This document shows positions 62,726 to 64,000 of a stretch of DNA of 64,000 nucleotides, in pieces. Within the stretch, counting starts at the first letter, position 1; the number at the start of each line of letters is the position of its first letter. The stretch spans positions 2,399,199 to 2,463,198 of the forward strand of contig NC_057759.1 in NCBI RefSeq assembly GCF_004010195.1, read 5' to 3'. The notes beneath the pieces are model-generated. The model was not told where the DNA came from, searched no databases, and worked only from the letters and a program-made list of their open reading frames with translations. Both the position numbers and the translations under genes were made by a program. Origin of the DNA: Chiloscyllium plagiosum. Lineage: Eukaryota.

Positions 62726-62971
62726 GTTTTGGAAGGCCCGTGTTTTACATATACCCAACAAGTAGGTTTGTGAAAGAAGGAGAGACTTTAAAATTGGAAT
62801 GTGGGGCAGATAAAGGAAGAGTTGTTTATTGTTGCAAAAATGAAGAGCAATTCACTCAAACACAGAGCAATGCTAATGAAATACTCGTGAACAGTGAAAT
62901 TGCTGGATCTTATTCCTGCATAAGACATTATGAATGTCTCAAGAGTGCATCTGTTGTAATTGTCATCATTT
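62726..62971 (+). CDS. Ig-domain exon (FcR D1-like), receptor gene 2; gene continues beyond the window
   Basis: tctctttcttcag acceptor and T|gtaagt donor; 246 nt, phase 1-1, open. Encodes FGRPVFYIYPTSRFVKEGETLKLEC...IAGSYSCIRHYECLKSASVVIVII. Confidence 0.85.
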
Positions 62972-63671
62972 GTAAGTGAACTTTTTTAAAAATTCCTTCA
63001 CAGGACGATGGTGTCACTGGCTAGGCCAGTATTTATTGCGCATCCCGAGAGCAGATAAGAGTCAACCACTTTGCTGTGTAGTCCAGCTTGACTCTGATTT
63101 AAACTGAAAATACTGCATGGAAGTCGAGTGCGCATTGATGTAATGATTTTTCTGATCCCCCAGATAACTTTCAGCCAAACACACATGTTTTAGCATGAAT
63201 CAGTTAAGTAAGGTTAGGTATCTGAAATGGGAGTTTGTAATTTCACATGAGGAGAGGTTGAGTAGATTGGGCTTGCAATATTCGTGCTTAGAAGAATGAG
63301 AGGCCACTTATTGAAAGTCCTTAGAAGGACCTGACAGGGGAGATGAGGAGAGACGTGGTTTCCCCTTACCATGGAGAGTCTGGAACCAGAAGGGCATCGT
63401 CTCAGAATGATGGGGATGCACAGATGAGGAGGAATTTCTTCTCTCGAAAGGCATTAAATCTATGGAATTCATTACTGCAGAAGGCTTTCGATGCTGGGCC
63501 ATTCACACCTGTCACCCTCTGTGTCAAACAATCCTGAAATTACCCTCTACGTCTCCTGCCTTTCATTTTAACGTCATGCCCACCCCCCGTGTTATTTCCC
63601 TTCAACTACAGGGAACACCTGCTACCCATCTCCCACTGTCCATACGCTTCATAATCTTACGCATCTATATC

Positions 63672-63970
63672 AGGTGGCATGGTGGCTTAGTGGTTAGCAC
63701 TGCTGCCTCATAGCGTCAGGGACCCGGCTTTGATTCAATTGACAAGCGACTGAATTTGTGGAGTTTGCACATTCTCCCTTTACCTGCGTGGGTTTCTTTT
63801 GGATGCTCAGGTTTGCTTCCCCAAGCCAAAAACTGCGCCGTTTGGGTGCATCAGTCCGGGGTAAATGTGGAGTTATAGGGGAATAGATTTGGGCAGGTTA
63901 CTCTTCGGAGGGTCATTATGGAATTGTTGGGCTGAAGGTCCTTTTCCCACACATTAGGATTCCATGATTC
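63672..63970 (+). mobile_element. HE1 SINE
   Basis: ggtggcatggtggcttagtggttagcactgctgcctca head plus V-domain. Confidence 0.85.
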
Positions 63971-64000
63971 CCTCTCAGCCTTCTCTACTTCAAAGTGAAC

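Overview
This is repeat-dense eukaryotic DNA, almost certainly from a shark. The evidence is HE1/V-SINEs, HER1/CR1 LINEs and shark-type Penelope pLTRs; a carpet/bamboo-shark lineage is only a guess. Most of the window is decayed retroelements: CR1, Rex1/Babar, RTE-X-like, Penelope, a Gmr1-type Gypsy and a second Gypsy relic. Between the repeats are exons of a plus-strand Ig-superfamily receptor cluster resembling Fc-receptor-like/LITR genes. Gene 1 is probably a pseudogene, with a broken Ig exon (25347-25574) and an intact Ig exon (31364-31648). It also has an Arg-containing activating-type TM exon (33293-33412) with a short terminal exon, a second uncharged frameshifted TM exon (36547-36644) and a Tyr-containing tail exon (45834-45889). 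Gene 2 begins with a 31-nt leader segment (ATA in place of ATG) next to a dense GATA/RUNX/ETS/STAT/EICE motif cluster, followed by an Ig exon (62726-62971), and runs off the window. Other features are a decayed B7-H6-like IgV exon, a possible minus-strand pseudogene, many TSD-flanked fold-back Penelope insertions with minimal hammerhead ribozyme cores, a 260-bp spacerless palindrome and local templated insertions. All family assignments come from reading motifs by eye, with no database search, and repeat boundaries are approximate.
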